Positions 29,464 to 41,414 of a DNA stretch of 64,000 nt are shown one piece after another. Under the pieces are notes generated by a model that saw nothing but the letters and a program-made list of their open reading frames with translations, was not told the origin of the DNA and ran no database searches. The position numbers were made by a program, and so were the translations under genes. Within the stretch, counting starts at the first letter, position 1; every line of letters begins with the position of its first letter. Location: assembly GCA_963662945.1 (NCBI GenBank), contig OY759974.1, forward strand, positions 768,001-832,000. Direction: 5' to 3'. The DNA comes from Arcobacteraceae bacterium (GTDB lineage: Bacteria; Campylobacterota; Campylobacteria; Campylobacterales; Arcobacteraceae).

Positions 29464-32400
29464 TTATGCTACATACACACCATCAAGCTCTTTTAATAAT
29501 GTCTCTGCATTACTATTTATATAATATCCACTATCAAGTTCAATATCTCCCAACTTTGACTTTATAGTCAAAGATATTTCCCTTTTCCCTTGATTTTTAG
29601 AAATTATTTCAAAAATATCATATAAGAGTTTATCATCATTACTAAAAGGTATTGATATATGTAAAGGATCTAAAACTTTTTCAACTTTTTTCCCTTTTTT
29701 AAGTTTTTCATTTTTTGCTTCTTTTAATGATTCAATTTTTAAAAGATTGAATTTTACTCCAAAATCATCTATTTTAGCTCTTACTTTAAAAGCAATTGGT
29801 TTACTTAAATCAAAATCTTCATTGAGTTCTTTGATTCTATCTTCAAAAAGCATCAACTCAATATTTCCATGTAAATCCATAATTGTAGCTATTCCAAATT
29901 TATTTCCTTTTTTAGACATTTTTTCTACAATACTTTCAATTCGTCCTATTAGAAGTGCTTCACTTCCATCAGTCAAACTTTCTATTTCACTGCTTAATGT
30001 GTAATTGATTTCGTCTAATGTTTCTCGATATTTATCTAAAGGATGTCCTGATACATAAAAACCTAAACTTGCTTTTTCAAACTCTAATATCTCTTTATCA
30101 TCATATTCAGGCATATTTTTAATAGATATTTCTACTTTTGTCATATCTTCATCATCGCCAAATAAACTTCCTACAGCTTGTTTTTTTGCTTGTGCAGCTT
30201 TACCTGCTGCTTCTACTATATCTTCAATTTGTTCTAACATAGCTCGTCTTGAGTATTCAAAACAATCAAAAGCGCCAGATTTTATCAATGTTTCTATAAC
30301 TCGTTTATTTACTTTTGAACTATCGATTCGACTTACAAAGTCGCTTAAATCTTTAAATTCCCCTGCTTTTCTAGCTTCTAAAATAGATTTAATAGCTACA
30401 TCACCAGCACCTTTAAGTGCTCCCATACCAAACATAACAACTTTATTTCCATCTATAACACTAGAACTAAATACTAAATCTGATTTATTAATATGTGGAG
30501 GAACAAGTTCAAATCCAAGTCGTTTTACTTCATCAACATATTTTACAACTTTATCAGTATTATCTTTTTCACTTGTTAAAAGTGAAGCCATAAAATCTGT
30601 TGGATAATATTTTTTTAAATAACTTGTATAAAAAGTTACCATAGCATACGCCGCACTATGAGATTTGTTAAAACCATATCCGGCAAATTTTACAATTAAA
30701 TCAAAAAGTTCTTCACAGTGTTGACGGTTATAACCTTTTTTTACACCACCATCTGCAAATTCACCTTTTAACCTATCCATCTCTTCTTTAATCTTTTTCC
30801 CCATTGCACGACGAACTAAATCCGCACCACCAAGAGAAAAACCACCAATAACTTGAACAATTTGCATAACTTGTTCTTGATAAACAATAACTCCATAAGT
30901 TGGTTCAAGTATTGGTCTTAAAGGTTCATCAAATTCATCATAAAAATAATTAATCTCCGCTCGACCATGCTTTCTATCAATAAAATCATCAAGCATTCCA
31001 GACTCCATAGGGCCTGGTCTATATAAAGCAAGTACAGCGATAATATCTTCAAAATTTGATGGTTTCAATCGTTTATTCAAATCCTGCATACCTGAAGATT
31101 CTATTTGAAATAATCCAATAGTATGTCCAGTTTGAATTAAATCATACACCTCTTTATCATTTACATCTATTTGCCTAAAATCAATTCTATTTCCATCTCT
31201 TTTTTCAATAAGTTGTAAAGCACCTTCAATAACAGTAAGAGTTTTTAATCCCAAAAAGTCAAATTTGATTAAATCTACATCCTCAACATATTTTCCATTA
31301 TATTGTGTTGCTAATGTGTCTAAACCTGATGGTTTAAAAAGTGGTGTTTTTTTCCATAAAGCTTCGTTTGAAATAACAACTCCAGCTGCGTGAGTTCCTG
31401 CATTTCTATTTAACCCCTCTAAGGCTAATGCATATTCCCATACTCTTGCTGCTTTTGGATCCATTTCACATAGTTCTTTTATCTTAGGTTCTTTTTCCCA
31501 ACTATCTTTTAAGTTAATTCCTAATTCATCAGGAATAAGCTTTGCCATAGCATCTGCCTGTGCATAAGGCATATCAAGAACTCTTGCAACATCTCGTATC
31601 ACCCCTTTTGCTAGTAGTTTACCAAAAGTAATAATTTGTGCCACATTTGCTCGTCCATATTTTTCTACCACATAATCAATAACTTCTTGTCGTCTTGCTT
31701 GACAAAAATCCATATCAATATCTGGCATTGATACCCTCTCAGGATTTAAAAACCTCTCAAAAAGAAGTCCATAAGGGATAGGATCAATATCTGTAATTTT
31801 CAAAGCAAAAGCTACTAAACTTCCTGCCGCTGATCCACGTCCAGGTCCAACAGGAACTCCTATAGATTTTCCATATGCAACAAAATCCCAAACAATCAGC
31901 ATATATCCAGGAAATTTCATATTATTAATAATATCTATCTCTACTTGTAATCTATCTTTATATTCTTGATGTCGTGAAGGATCTACTATTTTTAATCGCT
32001 CTTCCAATCCTTTCCAACACTCATCAATAAATAAAACTTTATCATTTTCTAAACTATATTCAAGTTCTGGTTCTGGAAGACTTAGTCCATTTAATTTTGC
32101 TTTTTCTCTTGTAAATTTAAAATTTGGAGGTGTTGGATCACCAAGTTTTATTTCTAAATTACACTTATCAGCTATCTCTTGTGTATTTGTAATAGCTTCT
32201 GGTATATCTGCATAAAGTCTAGCTATCTCTTGTGGTGATTTTACATAAAACTCATGCACACTATGTCTCATACGATTTGGGTCATCATAAAGTTTATTCA
32301 TAGCTATACACATAAATGCTTCGTGCGCTTCTGCATCTTTAGGATTTGTATAGTGTGTATCATTTGTAGCAACTATTTTTATACCTGTTTCAAGGCTTAG

Positions 32401-33011
32401 TTGAATAATTTGTTTATCAATATAATGTGATCAACAATTCCATGTCGCATAATTTCAAGGTAAAAATCATCACCAAACATCTCTTTATATTCTAATGCGA
32501 TTCGTTTTGCTTCAGCATATCCTTTTGCACCATTTTTAACATTTCGTTCATTATTTAAATTAAGATGCCAGTTAATCTCTCCTTGTAAACAAGCAGCAGT
32601 ACAAACTAATCCTTCACAATTATCTTTTAAAAGTTTTTTGTTAATTCTAGGGTAATAATAAAATCCATGCATATATGCTTGACTTGAAAGAAACATAAGG
32701 TTTTTATACCCAATATCATTTTTTGCATATAAACATAAGTGAAATCGTTGTTTAGTGGACTTATCTCCTATATCATCTTGATTATGTAGATACGCTTCCA
32801 TACCAATGATAGGTTTAATCCCCTCTTTTCTCATTGTGTTGTAAAAATCAATAGTACCAAACATATTACCATGATCAGTCATAGCAACACTAGTCATTCC
32901 TAGCTCTTTTACTTTTGCTGCTAATACTTTTATTTTATTGGCACCATCAAGCATTGAATATTCAGTATGAAGATGTAAATGTGTAAATTGTGGAGTTTCG
33001 TTATTTGACAT
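29464..33011 (-). pseudogene. dnaE: DNA polymerase III alpha subunit, split by a 1-nt deletion near 32428 (probably an assembly error and intact in vivo)
   Basis: PHP domain HLHLHTEYSMLDG in ORF 32397-33011; GRGSAAGS, MPDIDMDF, KFDFLGL, YGFNKSH in ORF 29464-32313. One added base after GAT-CA restores ...HGIVDQHYIDKQIIQLSLETGIKIVATNDTHY.... Confidence 0.93.
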
Positions 33012-33065
33012 AATCCTACTTTATTAAAAATTTATATGTGATTATATCCTAATAGTTTTAAAATA

Positions 33066-33096
33066 AAAAAAGCCAGCAAATAATTGCTGGCTTTTT
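33066..33096 (-). terminator. Terminator of the rpmJ-rplQ operon
   Basis: AAAAAGCCAGCAA-ATAA-TTGCTGGCTTTTT. Confidence 0.88.
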
Positions 33097-33118
33097 AAAA
33101 ATAAATTTATTTTATTTA

Positions 33119-33469
33119 CTATACAAATGAAATGTAAGCCATTTGTGTAGCATCACCTCTTCTGATTCTTGTTTTAACGATTGATGTATATCCACCGTTT
33201 CTCTCAGTATATTTTGGTGCTAATTCTGTTACAAGTTTATTTGTAGCAGCTTTATGTTGAAGTGAAGCAAAAACTAATCTATGTGAATTTAAATCTCCAC
33301 TCGCAGCTTTTGTTACTAATTTTTCCATATATCTTTTTAACTCTTTAGCTTTTGGTAAAGTAGTTTCAATTCTTTCTCTTTCAATCATTGCTATAGCAAG
33401 ATTTGCTAATAATGCTTTTCTATGAGAAGATGTTCTACTAAGCTTTCTATATCCATGCTTATGTCTCAT
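33119..33469 (-). CDS. rplQ: 50S ribosomal protein L17
   Basis: [41 protein letters not shown]. Confidence 0.98.
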   Translation of the reverse strand: MRHKHGYRKLSRTSSHRKALLANLAIAMIERERIETTLPKAKELKRYMEKLVTKAASGDLNSHRLVFASLQHKAATNKLVTELAPKYTERNGGYTSIVKTRIRRGDATQMAYISFV

Positions 33470-33488
33470 TATTCGACCCTTTCTTTTA

Positions 33489-34493
33489 TTAAGCTTTAAT
33501 TTGCTCTAATTTTTTTCTTAAAGCTGATGCTGTATCTTCAGGAAGGCTACTATCTATTGGATAACCTATCTCAGCAAACTTATCAGAAATCTCTTCTAAA
33601 GATTTTTTTCCTAAGTTTTTAATACTTTTTACTTCAACTTCACTCATAAGTGCTAAATCACCAACATATTTAATTCCCGCTCTATCTAGTGAATTAAAAC
33701 TTCGAGCACTTAAATTTAAATCATCTATTTTTACAATTAAATCTTTTAAATCTATTGAACTCTCAGATGCATTTGATTCTACAAGTTTTACCTCTGCTAA
33801 GTCAAATACTTTATTAAATACTGACATTTGAGAATACATAGTACTTACTGCTTCTTTAAATGCATCAATTGGAGAAATTTGTCCATCAGTTTCAACTGTA
33901 AATACAGCTTTTTCATAGTTTGGATTATCTTCTACCAATATTTTTTCTATATCATAAGTTACTTTTTTTACTGGCGTAAAGAAAGCATCAACTGGAATAT
34001 AATCTGCTGGAACTAAATCTCTTAAATCCTCACTTGGAACATATCCAATACCTTTTTGTATAATAACAGAAAAGTTTAATGTACAGTCACTATTAATTGT
34101 AGCTAAATGATGTTCTTTATTTATAACTTCTATATCGTCATTTTCTAAACTTGAAGCTTTTATCTCTTGTGCATTACTAAATGAATATTCTACTTCAACT
34201 TGCTCTTGATCACCTTTAATTTTAAATCTTAACTCTTTTAAGTTAATAATAAAAATAGCGATATCTTCAAGCATACCTCTAATAGAGTCAAATTCATGTT
34301 TTGCACCCTCGATTTTAACAGCAATTGGAGAATATCCAACTGAACTGCTCATTAAAAGTCTTCTTAATGGGTGTGCTAAAGTTATAGCGTACCCACTTTC
34401 AAAAGGAAAAGCACTAATTTTAGCACTAGTTTCAGTAATTTGTTCTATCTCTACCTCTGTTGGTAAAAATGGAGCATCTACAAATTTTTTCAT
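33489..34493 (-). CDS. rpoA: RNA polymerase alpha subunit
   Basis: [44 protein letters not shown]. Confidence 0.98.
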   Translation of the reverse strand: MKKFVDAPFLPTEVEIEQITETSAKISAFPFESGYAITLAHPLRRLLMSSSVGYSPIAVKIEGAKHEFDSIRGMLEDIAIFIINLKELRFKIKGDQEQVEVEYSFSNAQEIKASSLENDDIEVINKEHHLATINSDCTLNFSVIIQKGIGYVPSEDLRDLVPADYIPVDAFFTPVKKVTYDIEKILVEDNPNYEKAVFTVETDGQISPIDAFKEAVSTMYSQMSVFNKVFDLAEVKLVESNASESSIDLKDLIVKIDDLNLSARSFNSLDRAGIKYVGDLALMSEVEVKSIKNLGKKSLEEISDKFAEIGYPIDSSLPEDTASALRKKLEQIKA

Positions 34494-34516
34494 ATATTTT
34501 CCTTTAAATTTTTTTA

Positions 34517-35143
34517 TTATTTAGAATATAACTCTACTATTAGTCTTTCTTCAACTGGAATAACTACTTCTTCTCTATTAGGTATTCTTGTAAAAATTCC
34601 AAAAACTTTATCTTTATCTACATCAACCCATTCAACCATACCAGTTTGATTTGTTAATTCTAAAGATCTAACGATTTGTGCATTAGATTTTGATTTTTCT
34701 TTTACTTCAATTTTTTGACCTGCTTTTACTATACAAGAAGGAATATCAACTTTTTTACCATCTACTAAGATGTGTCCGTGTGTTACGAATTGTCTAGCAT
34801 TTGCTCTAGTTGTTGCAAATCCCATTCTGTAAACTACGTTGTCAAGTCTTGTTTCAATTAATGTAATAAGGTTAGCCCCTGTATTACCTTCTCTTCTTGC
34901 AGCTTCTTTAAAGTATTTTCTGAATTGTTTTTCAGATACACCGTAAATAATTTTTGCTTTTTGCTTTTCTTGAAGTTGCATACCATATTCTGATAATTTT
35001 GCTCTTCTTTGTCCATGTTGTCCAGGAGCAAAAGGTCTTTTTTCTAAAGCAGATTTACCGTTTAGTCTTCTTTCACCTTTAAGTCCAAGGTCAGCATTAA
35101 GTCTTCTTTCTAGTTTTTCAACTGGTCCTCTATATCTTGCCAT
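34517..35143 (-). CDS. rpsD: 30S ribosomal protein S4
   Basis: [37 protein letters not shown]. Confidence 0.98.
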   Translation of the reverse strand: MARYRGPVEKLERRLNADLGLKGERRLNGKSALEKRPFAPGQHGQRRAKLSEYGMQLQEKQKAKIIYGVSEKQFRKYFKEAARREGNTGANLITLIETRLDNVVYRMGFATTRANARQFVTHGHILVDGKKVDIPSCIVKAGQKIEVKEKSKSNAQIVRSLELTNQTGMVEWVDVDKDKVFGIFTRIPNREEVVIPVEERLIVELYSK

Positions 35144-35152
35144 TCCTTATCC

Positions 35153-35545
35153 TTATACTCTTCTTCTTTTTGGAGGTCTACAACCATTATGTGGTAATGG
35201 TGTAACATCTTTAAACCATTTAACTGTAATACCTTCAATAGCACCGATAGCTTTAACTGCTGTATCTCTACCAGAACCTGGTCCTTGAACTTTGATACCA
35301 ACATTTTTAATACCGTGCTCTATCGCTTTTTGTAAAGCATCTTCAACTGCTGCTGTTGCTGCAAATGGAGTAGATTTTTTACTTCCTCTGAAACCTAAGT
35401 TACCAGCACTTGACCAAGAAATTGTGTTTCCTGCGTTATCTGTTACTGTTACCATAGTGTTGTTAAATGTTGCTGCTATATGAACGATACCGTCAGCAAT
35501 ATTCTTTTTTACTATTTTTTTTCTAGTTACTTTTCTTTTTGCCAT
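35153..35545 (-). CDS. rpsK: 30S ribosomal protein S11
   Basis: [38 protein letters not shown]. Confidence 0.98.
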   Translation of the reverse strand: MAKRKVTRKKIVKKNIADGIVHIAATFNNTMVTVTDNAGNTISWSSAGNLGFRGSKKSTPFAATAAVEDALQKAIEHGIKNVGIKVQGPGSGRDTAVKAIGAIEGITVKWFKDVTPLPHNGCRPPKRRRV

Positions 35546-35554
35546 TAGTTATCC

Positions 35555-35923
35555 TTATTTAGCCGCTGCGCCAACAGTTTTCTTTTTACCTTTTCTTGTT
35601 CGAGCATTTGTTTTTGTTTTTTGCCCTCTACATGGTAAACCTTTTCTGTGTCTTAAACCTCTGTATGAACCTAAAGCCATAAGTGCTTTAATATCCATTG
35701 CAACTTTCTTTCTTAAATCCCCTTCTACCATGTAGTTTTCTTGGATTTCATTTCTTATTGCAGCAACTTCGTCTTCTGTTAACTCATGAACTCTTTTATC
35801 ATAAGAAATACCTGTAGCATTTAAGATTAATCTTGAAGTGTGTAAACCTATACCGAAAATATAAGTTAAAGCATACTCCATTCTCTTTTTTTGTGGTAAG
35901 TCTGTACCTGCTATCCTAGCCAT
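35555..35923 (-). CDS. rpsM: 30S ribosomal protein S13
   Basis: [39 protein letters not shown]. Confidence 0.98.
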   Translation of the reverse strand: MARIAGTDLPQKKRMEYALTYIFGIGLHTSRLILNATGISYDKRVHELTEDEVAAIRNEIQENYMVEGDLRKKVAMDIKALMALGSYRGLRHRKGLPCRGQKTKTNARTRKGKKKTVGAAAK

Positions 35924-35925
35924 GC

Positions 35926-36039
35926 TTATCCTTGTCTTTGTTTATGTTTTTTAGTCTCACAAATTACTCTTGTGATACCTTTTCTTTTGACAATTTTACA
36001 TTTGTCACACATTTTTTTTACTGAAGCTCTTACTTTCAT
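35926..36039 (-). CDS. rpmJ: 50S ribosomal protein L36 (Zn-binding form)
   Basis: Hand translation [45 protein letters not shown]; not in the ORF track. Confidence 0.97.
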   Translation of the reverse strand: MKVRASVKKMCDKCKIVKRKGITRVICETKKHKQRQG

Positions 36040-36060
36040 ATAAGTGTCCTTATAGTATTT

Positions 36061-36176
36061 TTCCAAGTTCTATCACAGGTATAAAAATCTTTGTTTTATA
36101 CCAACTCTTTATAAAACCTATTTGCAAAGTTTTATAAAAACTTCTCACTGGTTATAGAAAATGGAAGCGAATTATA
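36061..36176 (-). promoter_or_regulatory. Promoter and structured 5' leader of the rpmJ-rpoA operon
   Basis: TATAAT at 36176-36171; leader has two internal hairpins (36078-36102, 36108-36138) closed by outer stems (36061-36073 with 36154-36166). Confidence 0.55.
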
Positions 36177-36218
36177 TTTAACTTTTGCTTAAATATTTAT
36201 AAATTCTAACTTAATTTC

Positions 36219-37373
36219 TTAATTATATTGTTCAATTGCTTTTTTTACTGTATTGTAAAAGATATGGTGAGGAGCAAAATATATCGCATCATATTTATCT
36301 CCTTGAAAGTGTGAAACAACTCCAACAAAGAAAAAAGCAATATTTTTTTTCTCTTTTGAAACAGTCATTACTACAGGTCCACCTGATGCACCTTTAAAAC
36401 CACTACAATTACTTTTACCATATAAATTATTATAATAATCAATTTTACATTTTGGGTCATAGGTTAAAATACTGCCATAATCTCCTATATCACTTGAAAA
36501 GCCAGCTAATGATGCAAAATGATATTTATATTCTTCTTGTAATTTTTTAAAACTTCTTTTATCTATAATGATTGGCTCAACTTCACTCTTTGATATAGTT
36601 GAACTTAATATTAAAATTGCATAGTCACTTCTTTGTTTTAATTTTGGATCAAATTTACTATCTTTATATATTGTTGCATATTTTTGCATTATTTGATTTT
36701 CTTTTGTTTTTATTATAAATCGTATTGAACCAGCATTTTTATCAAATTGACTTAAACAATGTGATGCTGTAATTATGACACGAGAATTACTAATATTATC
36801 AAAGTTTACCAAGGATGCTGAACATTTTTTTATTTTTGTTTGTGTTCTGTTTTTTTCTATAGTTAGTTTTGTCGGCACTATTAACCGTCCAATTGCATGT
36901 GTCCAACTAGGAGAAGAGGAAGTAACAATTTGTCTTGTATCATTTATTAAACTCTCTTCATGCTCCAAAAGTTTCTGAACTGTCTTTATTTTTTTTTCTA
37001 CACTCTTATTTCCAAGGTTTTTAGATTCCGTATATGAATGCAATGCTAATTTATATTTTTTCCCTTTGTAATACAAGTCAGCTTCTTTCTCATACAATTT
37101 TGATAATTTTGACTTTGCTAATCTTCCACCAAGTTTTATTGCTTCTTGATAATACTTTTTAGCTTCTTCAAAATTGTATATTCTAGAAAAATTATCTCCC
37201 AATCTGGTATAAGTTTGAGCAAGTTTTATATAAAGATATTTATCATCTTCAATTGTGGATTGTTTGTAATATTCTATTGCTTTAATATAGTTGCCATTTT
37301 GAAACTCAATATCACCTTGTTGAGTATTTGCATAGAGTAAACAATATAATAAACAAAACAATACTAATCTCAA
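36219..37373 (-). CDS. Exported TPR-repeat + trypsin-like serine protease
   Basis: Signal peptide, TPR-like helices, triad motifs TASHC / SDYAIL / GASGGP. Confidence 0.8.
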   Translation of the reverse strand: MRLVLFCLLYCLLYANTQQGDIEFQNGNYIKAIEYYKQSTIEDDKYLYIKLAQTYTRLGDNFSRIYNFEEAKKYYQEAIKLGGRLAKSKLSKLYEKEADLYYKGKKYKLALHSYTESKNLGNKSVEKKIKTVQKLLEHEESLINDTRQIVTSSSPSWTHAIGRLIVPTKLTIEKNRTQTKIKKCSASLVNFDNISNSRVIITASHCLSQFDKNAGSIRFIIKTKENQIMQKYATIYKDSKFDPKLKQRSDYAILILSSTISKSEVEPIIIDKRSFKKLQEEYKYHFASLAGFSSDIGDYGSILTYDPKCKIDYYNNLYGKSNCSGFKGASGGPVVMTVSKEKKNIAFFFVGVVSHFQGDKYDAIYFAPHHIFYNTVKKAIEQYN

Positions 37374-37375
37374 GT

Positions 37376-38083
37376 CTATTTCCTAAAATAAAAAAGCTCT
37401 TCTATATTACCACTCTTGCCAGATAATTGACTTATTTTATTATAAATAAGTTTCCAACCCAATTGTGATACTGTATCTAAAAACTCTTCTTTACATTTTT
37501 CAATTGCAATAGTATCAGTAACAACACCTTTACTATCTCTTTTTACACTTTTTCCAACTTCAAATTGTGGCTTATAAAGAATAATAATTTTATCACTGCA
37601 TAATCTATCTATATCTTCTATTATATTTAAAATACTAATAAAAGAAACATCACAAGTTACCATATTATATTTTTTATTTGGATAAAACTTTCGTATATCT
37701 GTGTTTTCTTGTATTATGATTTTAGGATTATTTTTAAGAGTTTCATGAAGCTGATTCGTTCCAACATCAACACAAGTTACACTTCCTACACTTGAAGCTA
37801 ATAAAATTTGTGTAAATCCGCCTGTAGAAGAACCTATGTCTAAAGCTTCTGTATCTTTTAAATCAATAGGATATTCTTCTAAAAAATATTTTAATTTATA
37901 TGCCGCACGACTTACAAAAAACTCTTCTTGTGCAATAAATACATCCGTACCCTCTTCCACATCAAATGATGGTTTTGTTACTATTTTACCATCAACTAAA
38001 ACTTTTTTTGACTTTATTAATTCATTTGCTTTATTTCTACTTTGAATATTGTTATGCTTTGTTAAGTATATGTCTAATCTCAT
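37376..38083 (-). CDS. tlyA: TlyA family rRNA 2'-O-methyltransferase
   Basis: S4 domain MRLD, VSRAAYKL, LDIGSSTGGFT, DVSFIS, KPQFE, GNIE. Confidence 0.94.
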   Translation of the reverse strand: MRLDIYLTKHNNIQSRNKANELIKSKKVLVDGKIVTKPSFDVEEGTDVFIAQEEFFVSRAAYKLKYFLEEYPIDLKDTEALDIGSSTGGFTQILLASSVGSVTCVDVGTNQLHETLKNNPKIIIQENTDIRKFYPNKKYNMVTCDVSFISILNIIEDIDRLCSDKIIILYKPQFEVGKSVKRDSKGVVTDTIAIEKCKEEFLDTVSQLGWKLIYNKISQLSGKSGNIEELFYFRK

Positions 38084-38205
38084 AGAGTGATTGTACTTAA
38101 ATTTTAGTTAGATATAGCAAAATGACTAACTCAATGATTTAAGAGTAATTTTATCTTATTTGATTAAACTTCTACCACTTAAAACAAAAAAAAGGATTTA
38201 GAAAT

Positions 38206-38757
38206 ATGGCAACAGTAACATTTAAAAATGACACAGTATGTAATTTAGCGGGAAATGAAATCAATGTTGGAGATGCAGCTCCAGTTGTAACAGTTGTAAA
38301 CTGTAACCCAATGCTTCAAAATGAAACAATCGGTGGTGCACAAGATAAAGCTCAACTAGTAATAGTTGTACCTTCATTAGATACTCCAGTATGTGATGCA
38401 GAAACAAGAAAATTCAACACAGAAGCAGCATCTATTAAAGGTGTTACAGTAAAAACTGTATCTATGGATTTACCTTTTGCAGCAGCAAAATTCTGTTCAA
38501 CTGCAGGTATTGAAAATTTAGCAGTATGTTCAGATTTTAGAAACAAAGATTTTGCAAACGCTTATGGTATGCTTTTAGCAGATGGTCCTTTAGCTGGATT
38601 AACTTGTAGAGCAGTATTTGTAATCGATTGTTCTGGAAAAGTAACTTATAAAGAGTTAGTACCTGAAATTACAGCAGAGCCTGATTATGCAGCAGCTATT
38701 GAAGCAGCTAAAGCAGTAGCTGGTTCAACATGTTGTGGTGGTGGACACTGTTCATAA
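38206..38757 (+). CDS. tpx: Thiol peroxidase (atypical 2-Cys peroxiredoxin)
   Basis: VPSLDTPVC, SMDLPFA..KFC, RAVFV, EPDY. Confidence 0.95.
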   Translation: MATVTFKNDTVCNLAGNEINVGDAAPVVTVVNCNPMLQNETIGGAQDKAQLVIVVPSLDTPVCDAETRKFNTEAASIKGVTVKTVSMDLPFAAAKFCSTAGIENLAVCSDFRNKDFANAYGMLLADGPLAGLTCRAVFVIDCSGKVTYKELVPEITAEPDYAAAIEAAKAVAGSTCCGGGHCS

Positions 38758-38783
38758 TAAATAATTTTTATTATTCAAGTTCG

Positions 38784-38812
38784 AGGGAAGTGTTACTACG
38801 CTTCCCTTTTTT
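38784..38812 (+). terminator. Rho-independent terminator
   Basis: AGGGAAGTGT-TACT-ACGCTTCCCT followed by a T-run. Confidence 0.85.
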
Positions 38813-38906
38813 ATTATATAAAAAAATAATTTTACAAGTATTCATACTTTATTCATTGTTTTCATATATAATACCCACTATTTAATACAATTAGGAAGGA
38901 ATGTTA

Positions 38907-41261
38907 ATGTACAAAAATATGACAATAAAAATGAAACTTATTAGTTCATTTGTGGTTGTTTCTGTACTTGTTGCAATTTTGGCAATATACAGTATAACAG
39001 CTGTTGGAAAATCTGCTGATGGATTTACAAGTTATAGAGAGATGGCAAAGCATAGTGTACTTGCAGGACGAGTTCAAGCAAATATGCTTATGGTAAGAAT
39101 GAATGTGAAAGATTATCTAAAAACTAAATCACAAAAAGATATTGATGAATTTAATGATTATTATAATAAAACAGAAGGTTTTATAAAGACTGCACTTAAA
39201 GAAATCAAAGATCCATCAAGAAATCCAGCAATTGTAAAAATTAATGAAGATTTAACAACTTATAAAGAAAATTTTTACAAAGTTATTAATTATATGAATC
39301 AAAGAGATGATATTAAGACAAATATTCTTGATAAAAATGGAAAAGAGATAGAACAACTTCTTACATCAGTAATGTATAGTGCTAAAGCAGATAAAGATTA
39401 CACTGCATCTTTAGAAACCTGTGGTTCTCTTAGAAGTTTATTATTAGCAAGACTTTATACAGCAAAATTTCTAGATTCAAATAGTGAAGATGATTTAAAT
39501 AGAGTACATAAAGAATTTGATGATCTTCATTCAATGATAAAAAATTTAAAAAAAGAGATACAAAACCCTAATAGAGTTGCTCAACTCAATAAATCATTTT
39601 CATTAATAAATGGTTATGAAAATGGGGTTAACCAAATTCATCAAATTATTGTAGATAGAAATAAAATCATCAATGAAAAATTAAATGTTTTAGGTCCAAA
39701 CATAGCAAAACTAACCGAAGATATAAAACTTTCAATTAAAAAAGATCAAGATACTATTGGTCCTGAAGTTGCAAGTTTAAATGACAGTATTAAATTTATG
39801 ACAGTTATTATCTCTATTATTATTTTAATTATTTCTATTACTTTATCTATAATTATTCCAAGAGATATTGCTAATCTTATTGAAACATTTCAAAAAGGAT
39901 TATTGGGATTTTTTAGTTACCTAAATAAAGAAACAACAACTGTACAACCAATCAATATTGACTCAAATGATGAAATAGGTGTTATGACAAAAGTTGTAAA
40001 TGAAAATATCACTAAAACAAGAACTTTAATAGACCAGGATACAGCATTACTTGATGATGTAAAAAGAGTAGTTACAGAAGTTGGGCAAGGTAGATTAAAT
40101 CAAAGAATAGAAAAATCAACACAAAGTGAAAACTTAACAGAACTTAAAGAGATATTTAATAATATGCTTGAAGTTACAAGTAAAAATGTGTGTGAAGATA
40201 TAAATAAAATCAATAGAGTTCTGAAAAGTTTCTCTAAATTAGACTTTAGAGACAGAGTAGAAAATGATATTGGTGGTGTTGCTAAAGGATTAAATAATTT
40301 AGCAGAGATAATAAATCAAATGTTAATAGAAAATAAAGCAAACGGTTTAACATTAGATAATAGTAGTGATATATTACTTAAAAATGTAGATATCCTAAAC
40401 CAAAACTCAAATGAAGCAGCAGCAGCTTTAGAAGAAACAGCAGCAGCTTTAGAAGAGATTACAGGTAATATTTCTAGTAATACAGATAATATAATCCAAA
40501 TGTCTAAACTAGCTTCAAATGTAACAGAATCAGCTTCAAGAGGTGAAGCTCTAGCAAATGAAACAACACAAGCTATGAATGAGATAGATAAAGAGGTAAA
40601 TGCTATTAATGAAGCAATTACTGTTATTGATCAAATTGCATTCCAAACAAATATTTTAAGTTTAAATGCAGCAGTTGAAGCTGCAACTGCAGGGGAAGCT
40701 GGAAAAGGATTTGCAGTTGTTGCACAAGAGGTTAGAAACTTAGCTTCAAGAAGTGCTGATGCAGCAAATGAGATTAAAGCTCTAGTACAAAATGCAACAT
40801 CTAAAGCAAATGGTGGAAAGAAAATTGCAGAAGAGATGATAAGTGGGTACACAGCACTTAATGAAAATATCTCTAAAACAATAGATTTAATCAAAGATGT
40901 GGAGATGGCAAGTAAAGAACAACTAACAGGAATTGAACAAATCAATGATGCAGTTAACTCTTTAGACCAACAAACACAACAAAATGCAATGATAGCTTCT
41001 CAAACTCATGATGTTGCATTAGATACAGATAAGATTGCAAAATTAGTTGTAAGTGATGCTAATACAAAAGAGTTTATAGGAAAAAATGATGTAAAAGCTA
41101 AAACTATGGATAAACATCAAACAGCTACTCCAAGTAGCTCACCAAAACCTCAAACTTCAAAACAAGATATACCCAAACCTGTATCTCAATCTAAACCATC
41201 AAAACAAATAGAACCTATTAAAGCTTCTAAGAGTGACGATGATGAGTGGGCAAGCTTTTAG
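38907..41261 (+). CDS. Methyl-accepting chemotaxis protein (helical periplasmic sensor)
   Basis: TM-sensor-TM-HAMP, [31 protein letters not shown]-terminal EWASF pentapeptide; start 38907 or 38901. Confidence 0.95.
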   Translation: MYKNMTIKMKLISSFVVVSVLVAILAIYSITAVGKSADGFTSYREMAKHSVLAGRVQANMLMVRMNVKDYLKTKSQKDIDEFNDYYNKTEGFIKTALKEIKDPSRNPAIVKINEDLTTYKENFYKVINYMNQRDDIKTNILDKNGKEIEQLLTSVMYSAKADKDYTASLETCGSLRSLLLARLYTAKFLDSNSEDDLNRVHKEFDDLHSMIKNLKKEIQNPNRVAQLNKSFSLINGYENGVNQIHQIIVDRNKIINEKLNVLGPNIAKLTEDIKLSIKKDQDTIGPEVASLNDSIKFMTVIISIIILIISITLSIIIPRDIANLIETFQKGLLGFFSYLNKETTTVQPINIDSNDEIGVMTKVVNENITKTRTLIDQDTALLDDVKRVVTEVGQGRLNQRIEKSTQSENLTELKEIFNNMLEVTSKNVCEDINKINRVLKSFSKLDFRDRVENDIGGVAKGLNNLAEIINQMLIENKANGLTLDNSSDILLKNVDILNQNSNEAAAALEETAAALEEITGNISSNTDNIIQMSKLASNVTESASRGEALANETTQAMNEIDKEVNAINEAITVIDQIAFQTNILSLNAAVEAATAGEAGKGFAVVAQEVRNLASRSADAANEIKALVQNATSKANGGKKIAEEMISGYTALNENISKTIDLIKDVEMASKEQLTGIEQINDAVNSLDQQTQQNAMIASQTHDVALDTDKIAKLVVSDANTKEFIGKNDVKAKTMDKHQTATPSSSPKPQTSKQDIPKPVSQSKPSKQIEPIKASKSDDDEWASF
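40386..41017 (+). repeat. Near-identical ~630 bp block shared with 42882-43513 (MCP signalling domains)
   Basis: Colinear at offset 2496 from GTAGATATCCTAAACCAAAACTCAAATG to CAAACTCATGATGTTGC, with scattered substitutions. Confidence 0.9.
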
Positions 41262-41414
41262 GCTTGTCTTCTCTATTAAGCACTCTATTTTTACTTTTAT
41301 AGAAATAATTTTTTTAAATATTTTTTATCATTTACTTAGTAATACTTTGGTATAATCGCAAAATTTTTACAAAATGTGACATTTGTGACATTTATAATTT
41401 AGAAAAGGATATTT

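Noticed and set aside
32313-32435. Split dnaE as a split intein or programmed frameshift
   Set aside because: No intein terminal residues or extra sequence and no slippery site; one inserted base restores a colinear gene.
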